Part shown: positions 19,266-28,499 of the stretch, piece after piece | How the letters are laid out: each line of letters starts with the position of its first letter | Numbering within the stretch: the first letter of the stretch is position 1 | DNA from: a virus | Reading direction: 5' to 3' (one strand) | Virus record (IMG/VR): IMGVR_UViG_3300015370_000013 | Location: 1 to 64,000 of that record | Length of the DNA stretch: 64,000 nt | Program-made: the position numbers and the translations under genes | Notes under the pieces: generated by a model | Told to the model about the DNA's origin: nothing | The model's database searches: none | Seen by the model: only the letters and a program-made list of their open reading frames with translations

Positions 19266-20238
19266 CGTAGCAAACACCTTTCTTAGATATCTTTTTACGT
19301 GCGGTTCTCGGCGATGTGCGTGTTGCAGAGTGGAGTTCCACTATTCAACGTGGCGCGGTACATCGCCGAGAACGGGCGAGTAAAAAGATTACCGTGCCTT
19401 GGGGCACAGATTTCCTGTGACGGCGTTACGCCATCCTCCCTCGCGAGGGTCTCTTTGACAAAGGTGAATGACACCACTTATCTACTGTTAGTGCAGTTTC
19501 GCAGATGGTCCAAAAGCCGTACCTTTGGCCCACGCTGCGAAGACGGAACAACAGTTAGAACCAAAAAGAAATGACGGCGTAGCACCGTCGGAAGCCTAGA
19601 ACACTAAGCCCCACGTATCTGGGATCACCCACTTGGATCTTCATGCACCACCTTGTTGGTGCACGAAGTCATTCCACTTCGATCCTCGACGCACTGCAGG
19701 TGCGGAGCATTTTGCGTAGCACTGCACGTGCAAGAGGGCTTTTCCACTTCATTTTCCGGAAGACTGCGGTCGCGCCGGTTTCTTGGCGAGACCGCAGTCT
19801 GCAGAAAATGTACTACTTCACATTCTTGCTAATTTCTTCTGAGTTCCAGATGTGGAGCTCGTGAAGACAAGGGTCCGCATAAACGTAATGTTTACGCAGT
19901 AAAGAGCGGCGTAACGCCGTTCCGCGCACTGAATTTCCAAGAATGTGTTTACGCAATTCACTGCCATTGCCCCCGGTACCCGTGGGTATCTTGGGTGTTG
20001 TTGTACCTTATCGTAGATAAAACAAACTATACGGCGTTACGCCGTACCTACCTTCTTAGACTGAATTGCGTGATTATTGCGTTGATGCGAAACTAAAAAT
20101 AGATAGGTATCGATTTACTACGATTTAGCTACGACGAGGCGCCGCGCGCGGAGGAGGAATTTCCCTGGTTTGCGAAGCAAAATAAAAAGTGTGAGCGTTG
20201 CACTCACTGTTAGCATTTATACTAAACCGATACTATCT
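19266..20238. ncRNA. ~1-kb highly structured non-coding region (candidate large ncRNA or RT template; alternatively origin/parS)
   Basis: Successive inverted repeats with perfect 10-14 bp helices, CCACTT(C) linkers, 4x CGGCG-N3-CGCCG; no credible ORF. Confidence 0.7.
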
Positions 20239-20247
20239 CTTATACCA
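20239..20247 (-). promoter_or_regulatory. Putative promoter motif TGGTATAAG pointing into the structured region
   Basis: Same 9-mer at 39861-39869 (-) and 63101-63109 (+); variant CGGTATAAG at 31410-31418 (-). Confidence 0.45.
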
Positions 20248-20258
20248 CACAACTACGC

Positions 20259-21101
20259 CTAGTTTTCGGGAGCAGCGGCGGCTTGTGTGCGTAGCATTTC
20301 TTCGGTGCGTTTGGCGCGGTCGATCATCATGGGTTCTTTTGTACTCGATGTGGGCATGAGACCCCTCTGTGTTTGACGCACCGTCTCAGGGCCGACAGTC
20401 ACCACACCGGCATCAGGGAACCCACCCTCAATGTGGTGATACGCAGCACGCATACGGAACTTGTAGTCCCCGTCGGCGTTGCGTTTGATGAACATCGGGT
20501 ATCCTGACGCCTCCGCCTCTTCCGGCACCGACTCACCGATGCTGGTGGATTTGTACAACGTAAAAATTCGACCGGCGAAAGCGATCGGGAGGTAGTGAAT
20601 GCGGTCGATTTGAATGTTGGGGTCGATCATGGCAGGGCTGAACAGGGTCACCTTGAGAGAGTCTTCTGTAAGCACCTGTCCGATAATGGGTCCTCGGAGC
20701 GTATGGAAGATACGGAGGGGGCGACCGTCGAGTTTAACGTCGAGGGTGTGGGTCACCGGTTCCCAGAAGGTCACACGCTGCAGGAGATCAGCCACAGGCG
20801 CATCCTCCGCCACGGGTAGCTCCATAGGCGGCTCTGTAGCTTCGACGCCTTCTATCGCAGCCTCAGGTTCAGGTGGAGGTACATCCGTTACGGTGATCAC
20901 ATCTGCTTCAGGAATCTGCTTTAATACACTAATGGGCATATCCGCAGTGATGGACCTCTTCCCGGTGAGCACTTCACGCAGCTCCAGGGTCATACCTTCA
21001 ATGATCACCCTGCGCACACGTGTTTCATGTGTTGTCCTCGCGGAATTCAGTTTGAACTTCTTCGTCGGAGAGGATTTCGTCCTCAGGGATTTCTGTGGCA
21101 T
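20259..21101 (-). CDS. Hypothetical protein
   Basis: Long ORF; likely ATG 21101 with AGGA RBS, overlapping the polA 3' end. Confidence 0.7.
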   Translation of the reverse strand: MPQKSLRTKSSPTKKFKLNSARTTHETRVRRVIIEGMTLELREVLTGKRSITADMPISVLKQIPEADVITVTDVPPPEPEAAIEGVEATEPPMELPVAEDAPVADLLQRVTFWEPVTHTLDVKLDGRPLRIFHTLRGPIIGQVLTEDSLKVTLFSPAMIDPNIQIDRIHYLPIAFAGRIFTLYKSTSIGESVPEEAEASGYPMFIKRNADGDYKFRMRAAYHHIEGGFPDAGVVTVGPETVRQTQRGLMPTSSTKEPMMIDRAKRTEEMLRTQAAAAPEN

Positions 21102-24069
21102 GGTGTTGTCCTTGTAGGTAGCGGTCAATGTCTGTTACTTGACCGTAGTTGGGACCAGCTTCAACGTCCCATAAAAACTTCACAGGTAACCAGGGGAACT
21201 GAACAGCTACGCGTTTAGTCCCGTATTCATACATCATAGGTTTTACTTGGGGGAGATACTCCGGCGGTACAGAAAATACAACAGAGTCGTGTACTGTCGC
21301 GTGGAGTTCTCCTCGCATGTCGTGCGTAATGATTGGGGCAATAGCGTTCATCACCCACAAAACAATATCCGAACTGGTAGCTTGTATTTTGAAGTTAACT
21401 GCTTGACGGTTGAATCTGTTCACCAAAGTACGTGCATGCGCCATCGGAAAGCGACGCTTACGCCCCGTCTTCGTGAACACATTTTTGAAAAACGTTACTT
21501 CATTTTGTGTAGAACGAATATACGCAGGGATGGACGGAAACATGTGGAACATTAAATTGATAACGTTCTGCGCTTCCGTCAAACTAATACCCGCAGTATC
21601 CGCTATCTTTGCAGCCATGGCACCGTAGAGTGTACCGAAAACAACGCGCTTACAGTTGGTCCTTTGTGCGACTAAAGCGTCAGCCCATTTGAATAGGTCC
21701 ACACCAAATGGTTTGGACGCGTCGGCTGCAACCGCGTACCACTGGTCAACCATGTCCCGCGCTTTCTGGACGTCCTCGTATGTCACCCCGAATACCTTTG
21801 AGGTAAAGAAGCTGTGCGCGTCAAGACCGTCGTTGAGCGCAGCGATGAGTTTCTCATCCATAGAATACGCGGAGAAGATGCGTACCTCGGCACCACGGGC
21901 ATCCGTATTAACTAACACCATCCCGGGTGGTGGCACAAAAATCTTTTTGATATTGTGCCCAGCTAACTTCTTCGGAATCACCTGCATATTCTCATTCGAG
22001 GATGAAAGACGCCCGGTAGACGTACCCGGTATATGAAACGACGCATGCATCCGTCCATCAATATGGGAGTTATCACGTATGTTAGCGAGGAACGCGTCCT
22101 TGGCTTTCGTCGCCTTACGGTATTTTAAGAGAACTCTCGGGAACTCATAGGCGTATGTTTTAGCGATGTACAACAGCGCCTTTTCATCCGTCTGAATTGA
22201 CCCTTTATTAGTACGCCGCGTGTCATCATTGATGGGGACTACCCCTCGTTGACCTGTGGCCTCATCGTGGAACCCACGCGAGAAGAGAACAGTAGCCACA
22301 TCTTTTGAACTGGCAATGGTAAATGTACCTGCCAAATCGTACAGTTTCTGCTGCGTAGCAGTGATCGTCTCACCAAGAAGCTGGTCCACCTCTTCCAAGT
22401 ACTCCAGGTCAATGGGAAACCCCGAATACTCCATTTGAGCCAACGTCTTACTGGTCGGTAATATGTGAAAAGGCATCAGGCTACGCACAGGTCGTACATC
22501 AGCGTAGTAAACTGGAGAACGCTTGCGTGCGGCTAAGTCCTGCTTGTACTCGATGTCAAACCGCTGGTTCTGATGTAATAGGTGCTGCCGTGTAACGTCC
22601 GGGTCAATGGCGGCGTACAATTCCAGCTCCGGGATAGGAATCTTCGTGAAGTCAAACGGCTCTTGCAGTACGGGTTCTTTTGGTTCTTTAACGGGTTTTG
22701 GTTTACGTGGTTTCGGCCCAACATTCTGCTTCACAGCCATCCGCCGTTTTTCTGCTCTTGCGTTCACTTTCTCAGCAGCACGTTTCTCCGTCCATTTATC
22801 TAACGCAGCGGTATACGCGACGTACTCTCGGTCATGGGCGTCCATCTTGGCTGAGAAGATTGTGAGTGCTTCTTGGTAGCTACGTAAATCCTTACGGTAC
22901 TTTTTCCGAGACGATGCACGCGTCACGTTGCCGTGTTTCTCCCGCGCTTCATTGACCTTATCATCGTACCCAGCGTATTTAGGAAGACGTGACTTGGTGA
23001 GGTTCTTCAAACCGTACTCACCTTTTTTATCTTCTTCCAACAGGTGTTCACCACACATAGTGTCCCAAACTACATTTCGTAAACGCCAACCATACCGGTG
23101 TGTTAAAACCTGACGGTCAAATTTATCGTTATGTAGCACTTTGGGTTTCGGACACTCCACTACTTCTCGTACACACTGAAATACGATTTTTAGTTCTTCA
23201 GGCGTCCACCACACGTCGGGATGATCCAATATGATAGTGGTAGCGAAGCCCGGTTCCCAAGAGAAAGAGATAGCGATCATCTTGGATGTAGGATCGTACA
23301 TCTCCAACATCGTCGTTTCAGTGTCAACACCTATTAGGTGGTGCTCTGGAGGTGCTCCCTCATGGTGGTAGTTAATAATCATCTCACAGACGCGACGCAC
23401 CTCTTCCACTGTGTGTGGGAATATGTAGTTTTGCGACAACGCAGTAACGTCGAGTACCTGCTTTGCCGCACGTTTACCTTCGGCGTATAGAAACGCTTTA
23501 CGCAGGTCGCGTATTAACTCCTGGTACAGTCCCGGTTGACCTAGAATGGCACGCGGCGAATACGTTACAAAGAGCTGACAGAGGTGTGGAGGGTCAGAAC
23601 TTCGCTGTACGTAATCAATGAAAGTCCCACGTATAGCGGAAAACTTCACCGGGTGTTTGAGCAACGCTTTGGTGGCCATTGCCCCAAAACTCACGATAAC
23701 TTTTGGACGTGTTTGTTGTATGGTGGTGTCCAGAAGTACCCCACAAGCAGTGACCGCAGCCTGTGGGGGCTCTTTTTCCGACGTGCACTGCGCCGCGTAT
23801 GTTTCATGTAGTGGGAGTGAGGCCCAGCGTTCGGGACCTCCCGGTGTTTTGAAGTACATCCCTCGAAGTTGTTGAATCGCCATCTGTATGGGACGACCTG
23901 CACGGTCTGTAAACGGCTTACTCAACGTGGGAGATGCGGTTTGTGGATAATCACCTACCAGTAGAACAGCAGCAGTACTAGCTCCCGCTGAGGCTATACG
24001 TAGTTGTGTATAGTTCGGACATACACAACACGTAGGTGGTTTATTGTTGGTGTTAATAGTCGAAATCAT
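21025..24069 (-). CDS. polA: Family A DNA polymerase with N-terminal uracil-DNA-glycosylase-like domain and 3'-5' exonuclease
   Basis: N-terminal CxxC..VLLVGDYP..PFTDRAG..PKVIVSFG; Exo DTETT, HNDKFD, YAAID; Pol TGRLSS, DARGAEVR, KRVVFGTLYG, NFKIQ, VHDS. Confidence 0.93.
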   Translation of the reverse strand: MISTINTNNKPPTCCVCPNYTQLRIASAGASTAAVLLVGDYPQTASPTLSKPFTDRAGRPIQMAIQQLRGMYFKTPGGPERWASLPLHETYAAQCTSEKEPPQAAVTACGVLLDTTIQQTRPKVIVSFGAMATKALLKHPVKFSAIRGTFIDYVQRSSDPPHLCQLFVTYSPRAILGQPGLYQELIRDLRKAFLYAEGKRAAKQVLDVTALSQNYIFPHTVEEVRRVCEMIINYHHEGAPPEHHLIGVDTETTMLEMYDPTSKMIAISFSWEPGFATTIILDHPDVWWTPEELKIVFQCVREVVECPKPKVLHNDKFDRQVLTHRYGWRLRNVVWDTMCGEHLLEEDKKGEYGLKNLTKSRLPKYAGYDDKVNEAREKHGNVTRASSRKKYRKDLRSYQEALTIFSAKMDAHDREYVAYTAALDKWTEKRAAEKVNARAEKRRMAVKQNVGPKPRKPKPVKEPKEPVLQEPFDFTKIPIPELELYAAIDPDVTRQHLLHQNQRFDIEYKQDLAARKRSPVYYADVRPVRSLMPFHILPTSKTLAQMEYSGFPIDLEYLEEVDQLLGETITATQQKLYDLAGTFTIASSKDVATVLFSRGFHDEATGQRGVVPINDDTRRTNKGSIQTDEKALLYIAKTYAYEFPRVLLKYRKATKAKDAFLANIRDNSHIDGRMHASFHIPGTSTGRLSSSNENMQVIPKKLAGHNIKKIFVPPPGMVLVNTDARGAEVRIFSAYSMDEKLIAALNDGLDAHSFFTSKVFGVTYEDVQKARDMVDQWYAVAADASKPFGVDLFKWADALVAQRTNCKRVVFGTLYGAMAAKIADTAGISLTEAQNVINLMFHMFPSIPAYIRSTQNEVTFFKNVFTKTGRKRRFPMAHARTLVNRFNRQAVNFKIQATSSDIVLWVMNAIAPIITHDMRGELHATVHDSVVFSVPPEYLPQVKPMMYEYGTKRVAVQFPWLPVKFLWDVEAGPNYGQVTDIDRYLQGQHHATEIPEDEILSDEEVQTEFREDNT

Positions 24070-27000
24070 CCCCGTCTACTCCTTCACCCGACTTAACAAT
24101 CTTTAAAGTGGACGTGTTACCTTGTTTATTCTTTTGTATAGAAGTAGGGGGTGTGGGAAATGTAGTACTTTTTACGTGAAACTCGTCTTCCATGTCACCG
24201 AAAGAGGCGGGAGTTTCGCGCCCTTTTGGGCGCACGTCGTAACCAGAAGCCATGGACGCTGTTAGTTCATTCATATTAAAAGCACTGATGTCTCGCCAAC
24301 TAGCGTGTGCTCCTATGAACGGTTTCAAGCGATCCAACACACCGCTGGTCCGCGCTATTTCATCAGATATGTGGTACGGACTTCTCTTGGACTGCTGTTT
24401 AAGGCGCTCCGGTGACTCTCCCCGGAAAGGTGTGGAAGTGCGTTGTAAAAGTGTAGATTGCACCGTTGTCCACCGAATAAGCAACCACTGGTTTTGCGTA
24501 TCAAAGTAGAACCCACTATTAGAGTGGTTTAACTCTCCAGGATCGTTCCCCGCCAAAATACTGCTTAACATCTTGGGCCGAGGGTCGTCGATGTCTTGTG
24601 TATCAATTGCGGGTGTGTGTAACAGGGTGTCAATGAGATCCGTGCTCAAAGAGATTTGAGAGATACGCTCTAAATCAGAACGGGTAGCGTGGAAGAAGTC
24701 TTTTGCGTGCCGTTTATAGTCGTAACCACACGCCTTCATTACCGCCCATACAGCGTAGTGATTAACACGGCTTCGTGCAATTTCACCAAACTCCAAACCC
24801 CCACCACTGCTGAACTCGTCCTGTATTTCCTGGAAGCATTTGTACACCTTATAGGCGAGGCGGAAGGCAACCAACGTCAACTGATGACGTATCTCTGTAA
24901 TCTTTTTGTCGCCGTAGCGTTCTAGTAAAATGTCTTGCGGTGTTTTACGATATTTTTGTGTAGCCATCTCAACCATGAGATACCTGGAAATATCCGCAGC
25001 ATCTCGGGGAGTACGTATACCCGCTAAACATACAGGGAACCGAGCTACAAACTCCTGAGAGTATCCCCCCGCTGTACCGTAAACCGTAGTAACAGATTCG
25101 TGCACCATACCTCGAAACTCTTGCTGTAAGTGGCGTGCTTGTACGCTCCGGCGATCGTTGGTCCCCTTGTCTTCGAACTCATCCAAACACAGCGCCATGT
25201 GGCAGTGATTCATGCTTTGGCGTACACCAGCTGCACTGTAGTTATCCATGAAAATAGCGTGCTGTACTATGTTTATACGTGGCTGCTTGGACCTACCTAT
25301 GAACCCACCCAAGATACTCGATTTACCACTTGCGTGGTCCGCGGTGAACATCAACATGGGAAGCATCGGAATACAATCTGCAATACATAGAGAGAAAGCC
25401 CACGCAGATAAGTACTCACACGTCACCTGGTGGTTTTTAAATTCCCACCCGTAGTACAGCATCTCTTGGATTATTTTTAGTATCTCCAGCGGAGAGTAGA
25501 GCGGTTCAGCGTTTAGATCCGCAGCTGTTCGAATTTGCGGACATACGATTTTTGGCACCCTGGGTGTCATCCACGCGACCATATGTTCATCTGCAGGACC
25601 GGGAAGTTCACGCCATATCGGGTGGTCATCGCGCTCGAAATCTCCACGATACATTTTGGGACCGTTTACGAAGTAAAGTCGGAAATCGCCGTCTTTTGCA
25701 GCAGGGTCAATCATGGGTGCTACACAATGTAGACCCGCACCAGCATACCGGATCTGTGACGTCCTGGGGAGCATACCAGCTAACCGAGAAACCGCTTTAT
25801 CCAGGTAGACGAGATATATCGCGGTATTCTTTTGGTACACTAATGCATCTTTGGTATCTTCGTATTTTGGAAGAAACCCCGGCTCACCTACATCGTCCAG
25901 AATGAATTTGAAAAAGTCTTTACCAACAGCGACTTCCAGGTTGGAACGGATAGCTTTAATATCTGCAACAGGTAAACGTACTATGGACTTACTCTCGGTG
26001 TCCCAACACTCTAGTACGTTTTGATAACGCTCAACTACCATGCGTAAAATATGTAATCGACTAGCCAAAACATTTTTGAGACGTTCAATAAATGCTTCTT
26101 CGTACTCATCACCTGTACGAATAGCACTAATGATTTGTCCCTGGTTTACCTCTGGGAACTGACGGATAATCTCTGAGGTGTAAGCTTGTTGCTCCGCCTG
26201 GTTACGTACGTATCTCCCCCACTCCGCTGCGATGTTCGTCAATATACGTACGTCATCCGGAGGAACACCGTGCATGTTCTTGGCTGCGTTATTTGCTGCC
26301 CATGCATGTGGTAGAAGGTAGTTATCTTCACGACACACCTCCTTCTCCACAACCAGCGACCCGAATGTTGTAATCGCCTTATCTAAATCTAACCCGTTTG
26401 CGGTGGGTGTTGAGATAGATGTTGCTAGGCGTAACGCTTGAGGCCATACAAAGATCCGTGCACCTACTTTTGCTGTGTGGCTTAGAACCGTTTTTATGAA
26501 GTTCTCCCCTCCTTCGTCACAATCCCCAATAATGTAACCCCGTTCGAAACCAAACGGGTGTAGTACGTCCAAACCTGTAGTGCTGGAACCTCCACCACTA
26601 AAAATGAAAAAGTTAATATTCCCAGTAGTGAATTGGTTACTAAAGACAGATAGTGCGTCGAATTCCCCTTCAACCAACATAAACGAACGCATCTCTTTAC
26701 TAGCGAATAATGGGTGGTAAACAGGGGTGCCGTAGAGACCAAACAACCCATTATGTGGAACCATCTCATCGGTAATAAAACGCATTTCTTTGGTCGTAGC
26801 ATACGACTTACCTACGAACTGAGGGATACGGCGTAGTTTAATCTTACAAGGGTCAGTTGGAGATAACCCTGTAAAGAACGCCAAGGAACCGATCCAGTGT
26901 GACCCTTCAAGGACATCTTCAAGGTATCTGACCGCGGCGTTCCCGTAGTCGTCCCCTCCGTGAGTAGATGCGTACAGTGATAAGAGGTGCCGAAGGCGGT

Positions 27001-27589
27001 GCTCTCCCGGCAACACACCTATTGGACAGTGGTGATATGTCTGGGGAATTTTACGGTGTGTCAGATAACGGAGGGCATTCTGTACGTAGGTGAGATCTGG
27101 GGGCGGATTCGGTTTACGTAGTAAAGTCGACGCGTCACACAGTTCCCCGTTCATTACCGCGAACAGCGCCCGCTTCATCTCTAAGTGTTCATGTTGCGCA
27201 GACAGGCCCTTTATATCAGCAACAGATACTTTAATGTTGTATCGTGTTTTGAGTTCTTTTAATGCAGCAACGTACCCAAGAGGTACGGACTGTAACTCCA
27301 TATAAAGACGGATAGGGTCAAAAAAGTATTTACCACACTGTGTGCTGTAACATTTAGCGTATTGCTTCGTTAAATGTATATGAAACGAAGGGTTCTTATC
27401 TTGGTGAAAAGGACATAAACCTTTTATGGTTTGATGTGATGAGGACCAACGGTTCGCTTGATGGGTGCTACGCAATAAATGCATCCAATCAGCAACATCA
27501 ATCTGATTCCAGATACGTTTAACCGTTTCGATGGGTATATATGTAGACGAATCTTTGCTCTTGGCCTTACGACTGCCTTGTCCAGACAT
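24053..27589 (-). CDS. DNA primase-helicase fusion (CHC2 Zn finger, TOPRIM, C-terminal P-loop)
   Basis: CPFHQDKNPSF..CYSTQC; LVEGEFD, GDCD; ASGKSS and LCLDEFE. Confidence 0.85.
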   Translation of the reverse strand: MSGQGSRKAKSKDSSTYIPIETVKRIWNQIDVADWMHLLRSTHQANRWSSSHQTIKGLCPFHQDKNPSFHIHLTKQYAKCYSTQCGKYFFDPIRLYMELQSVPLGYVAALKELKTRYNIKVSVADIKGLSAQHEHLEMKRALFAVMNGELCDASTLLRKPNPPPDLTYVQNALRYLTHRKIPQTYHHCPIGVLPGEHRLRHLLSLYASTHGGDDYGNAAVRYLEDVLEGSHWIGSLAFFTGLSPTDPCKIKLRRIPQFVGKSYATTKEMRFITDEMVPHNGLFGLYGTPVYHPLFASKEMRSFMLVEGEFDALSVFSNQFTTGNINFFIFSGGGSSTTGLDVLHPFGFERGYIIGDCDEGGENFIKTVLSHTAKVGARIFVWPQALRLATSISTPTANGLDLDKAITTFGSLVVEKEVCREDNYLLPHAWAANNAAKNMHGVPPDDVRILTNIAAEWGRYVRNQAEQQAYTSEIIRQFPEVNQGQIISAIRTGDEYEEAFIERLKNVLASRLHILRMVVERYQNVLECWDTESKSIVRLPVADIKAIRSNLEVAVGKDFFKFILDDVGEPGFLPKYEDTKDALVYQKNTAIYLVYLDKAVSRLAGMLPRTSQIRYAGAGLHCVAPMIDPAAKDGDFRLYFVNGPKMYRGDFERDDHPIWRELPGPADEHMVAWMTPRVPKIVCPQIRTAADLNAEPLYSPLEILKIIQEMLYYGWEFKNHQVTCEYLSAWAFSLCIADCIPMLPMLMFTADHASGKSSILGGFIGRSKQPRINIVQHAIFMDNYSAAGVRQSMNHCHMALCLDEFEDKGTNDRRSVQARHLQQEFRGMVHESVTTVYGTAGGYSQEFVARFPVCLAGIRTPRDAADISRYLMVEMATQKYRKTPQDILLERYGDKKITEIRHQLTLVAFRLAYKVYKCFQEIQDEFSSGGGLEFGEIARSRVNHYAVWAVMKACGYDYKRHAKDFFHATRSDLERISQISLSTDLIDTLLHTPAIDTQDIDDPRPKMLSSILAGNDPGELNHSNSGFYFDTQNQWLLIRWTTVQSTLLQRTSTPFRGESPERLKQQSKRSPYHISDEIARTSGVLDRLKPFIGAHASWRDISAFNMNELTASMASGYDVRPKGRETPASFGDMEDEFHVKSTTFPTPPTSIQKNKQGNTSTLKIVKSGEGVDGDDFDY

Positions 27590-27623
27590 GTGTGTGCACG
27601 TTCCTTACCTTTGATCCTGGTTG

Positions 27624-28433
27624 CTACCCGAAGAGGGGACATGTAGGTTTGTAATCACAAAACGCACATACCCAACCCTTACAAGGATCTCGATCTTTGA
27701 CATTCTCGGCTGCTTTTGTCAAGTAGTCGATTAGATTGGCCCGTAATGTAGTGCGGATCTCCCGCGCACTGAACGAAGGGAACCAAGTAGTACGTGTACC
27801 GCGTTCGTTCGAGTCTGCACCGACGTGATGAACAGCGACTTGAACAGCGTTGATTCTCGGGTGATGTGATTGGAGAAGTACAGCGTAGGATTCTAACTGC
27901 GCACGGTAGGTATCTGTTGACATTACCACCCCGGTCTTATGGTCAATAGCGATACCTACACGTTCAGGCGTCATAAGCATAAGGTCTATGTACCCGACGT
28001 AAAATCCTTTTTTATCCCATTTACTTTTAGTCGGCGTAAAGTCAGGTCGCATACCAAGATGTACTTCGGCCTTCACCTGAGATTTATGTACGCCATGTTT
28101 TTTCCGAAACACTTCCAGTCCACGTACGTAATCTTCGATTGCATCCCGAAAACACTGTATCTCCGTCTCTTCTTCATGTGTTAACTCAACAATCGAGACC
28201 AGGTGGGTATACGCGTGAGATACAGACATACCCCGACCACTGACCCACTCCAGAATCATATGTACCAGTTTTCCAATACGTTGCCCAAATGCTTCTGGTC
28301 CCACCCCCTTTTGTTTAACACGATACTGTAAATGGAATTTATAAGGGCAGGATAAAGCACAACTGGCTTTAGTGTGTGACCACGGAGCGTATTCCATTAC
28401 GGAATCAGGGATACGAAGTATTTGTTTGGACAT
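27624..28433 (-). CDS. PD-(D/E)XK Cas4/RecB-like exonuclease
   Basis: SCPYKF, GKLVH, GYIDL, IDHKTG, QLESY, CAFCDYKPTCP. Confidence 0.88.
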   Translation of the reverse strand: MSKQILRIPDSVMEYAPWSHTKASCALSCPYKFHLQYRVKQKGVGPEAFGQRIGKLVHMILEWVSGRGMSVSHAYTHLVSIVELTHEEETEIQCFRDAIEDYVRGLEVFRKKHGVHKSQVKAEVHLGMRPDFTPTKSKWDKKGFYVGYIDLMLMTPERVGIAIDHKTGVVMSTDTYRAQLESYAVLLQSHHPRINAVQVAVHHVGADSNERGTRTTWFPSFSAREIRTTLRANLIDYLTKAAENVKDRDPCKGWVCAFCDYKPTCPLFG

Positions 28434-28452
28434 GGGGTAGGTTCCCTTTGCT

Positions 28453-28490
28453 AAAAAAACAAGGGGTGTACGGACTACACACCCCTTGTT
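28453..28490 (-). terminator. Intrinsic terminator after the SSB-like gene
   Basis: 12-bp stem AACAAGGGGTGT/ACACCCCTTGTT followed by a U-run on the minus strand. Confidence 0.75.
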
Positions 28491-28499
28491 TAGTTTACT

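Noticed and set aside
19295-19864. Short ORFs 19299-19574, 19295-19477 and 19643-19864
   Set aside because: No RBS or recognisable motifs; they coincide with dense inverted repeats.
19266-20258. CRISPR array, given two Cas4-like genes nearby
   Set aside because: No 23-47 nt direct repeats with regular spacing and no cas1/cas2; Cas4-like nucleases are common phage recombination proteins.
19265-20258. Retron a1/a2 terminal inverted repeats closing the 1-kb region
   Set aside because: Only ~5 bp complementarity (CGTAG/CTACG) found between the ends, so canonical retron architecture is not supported.
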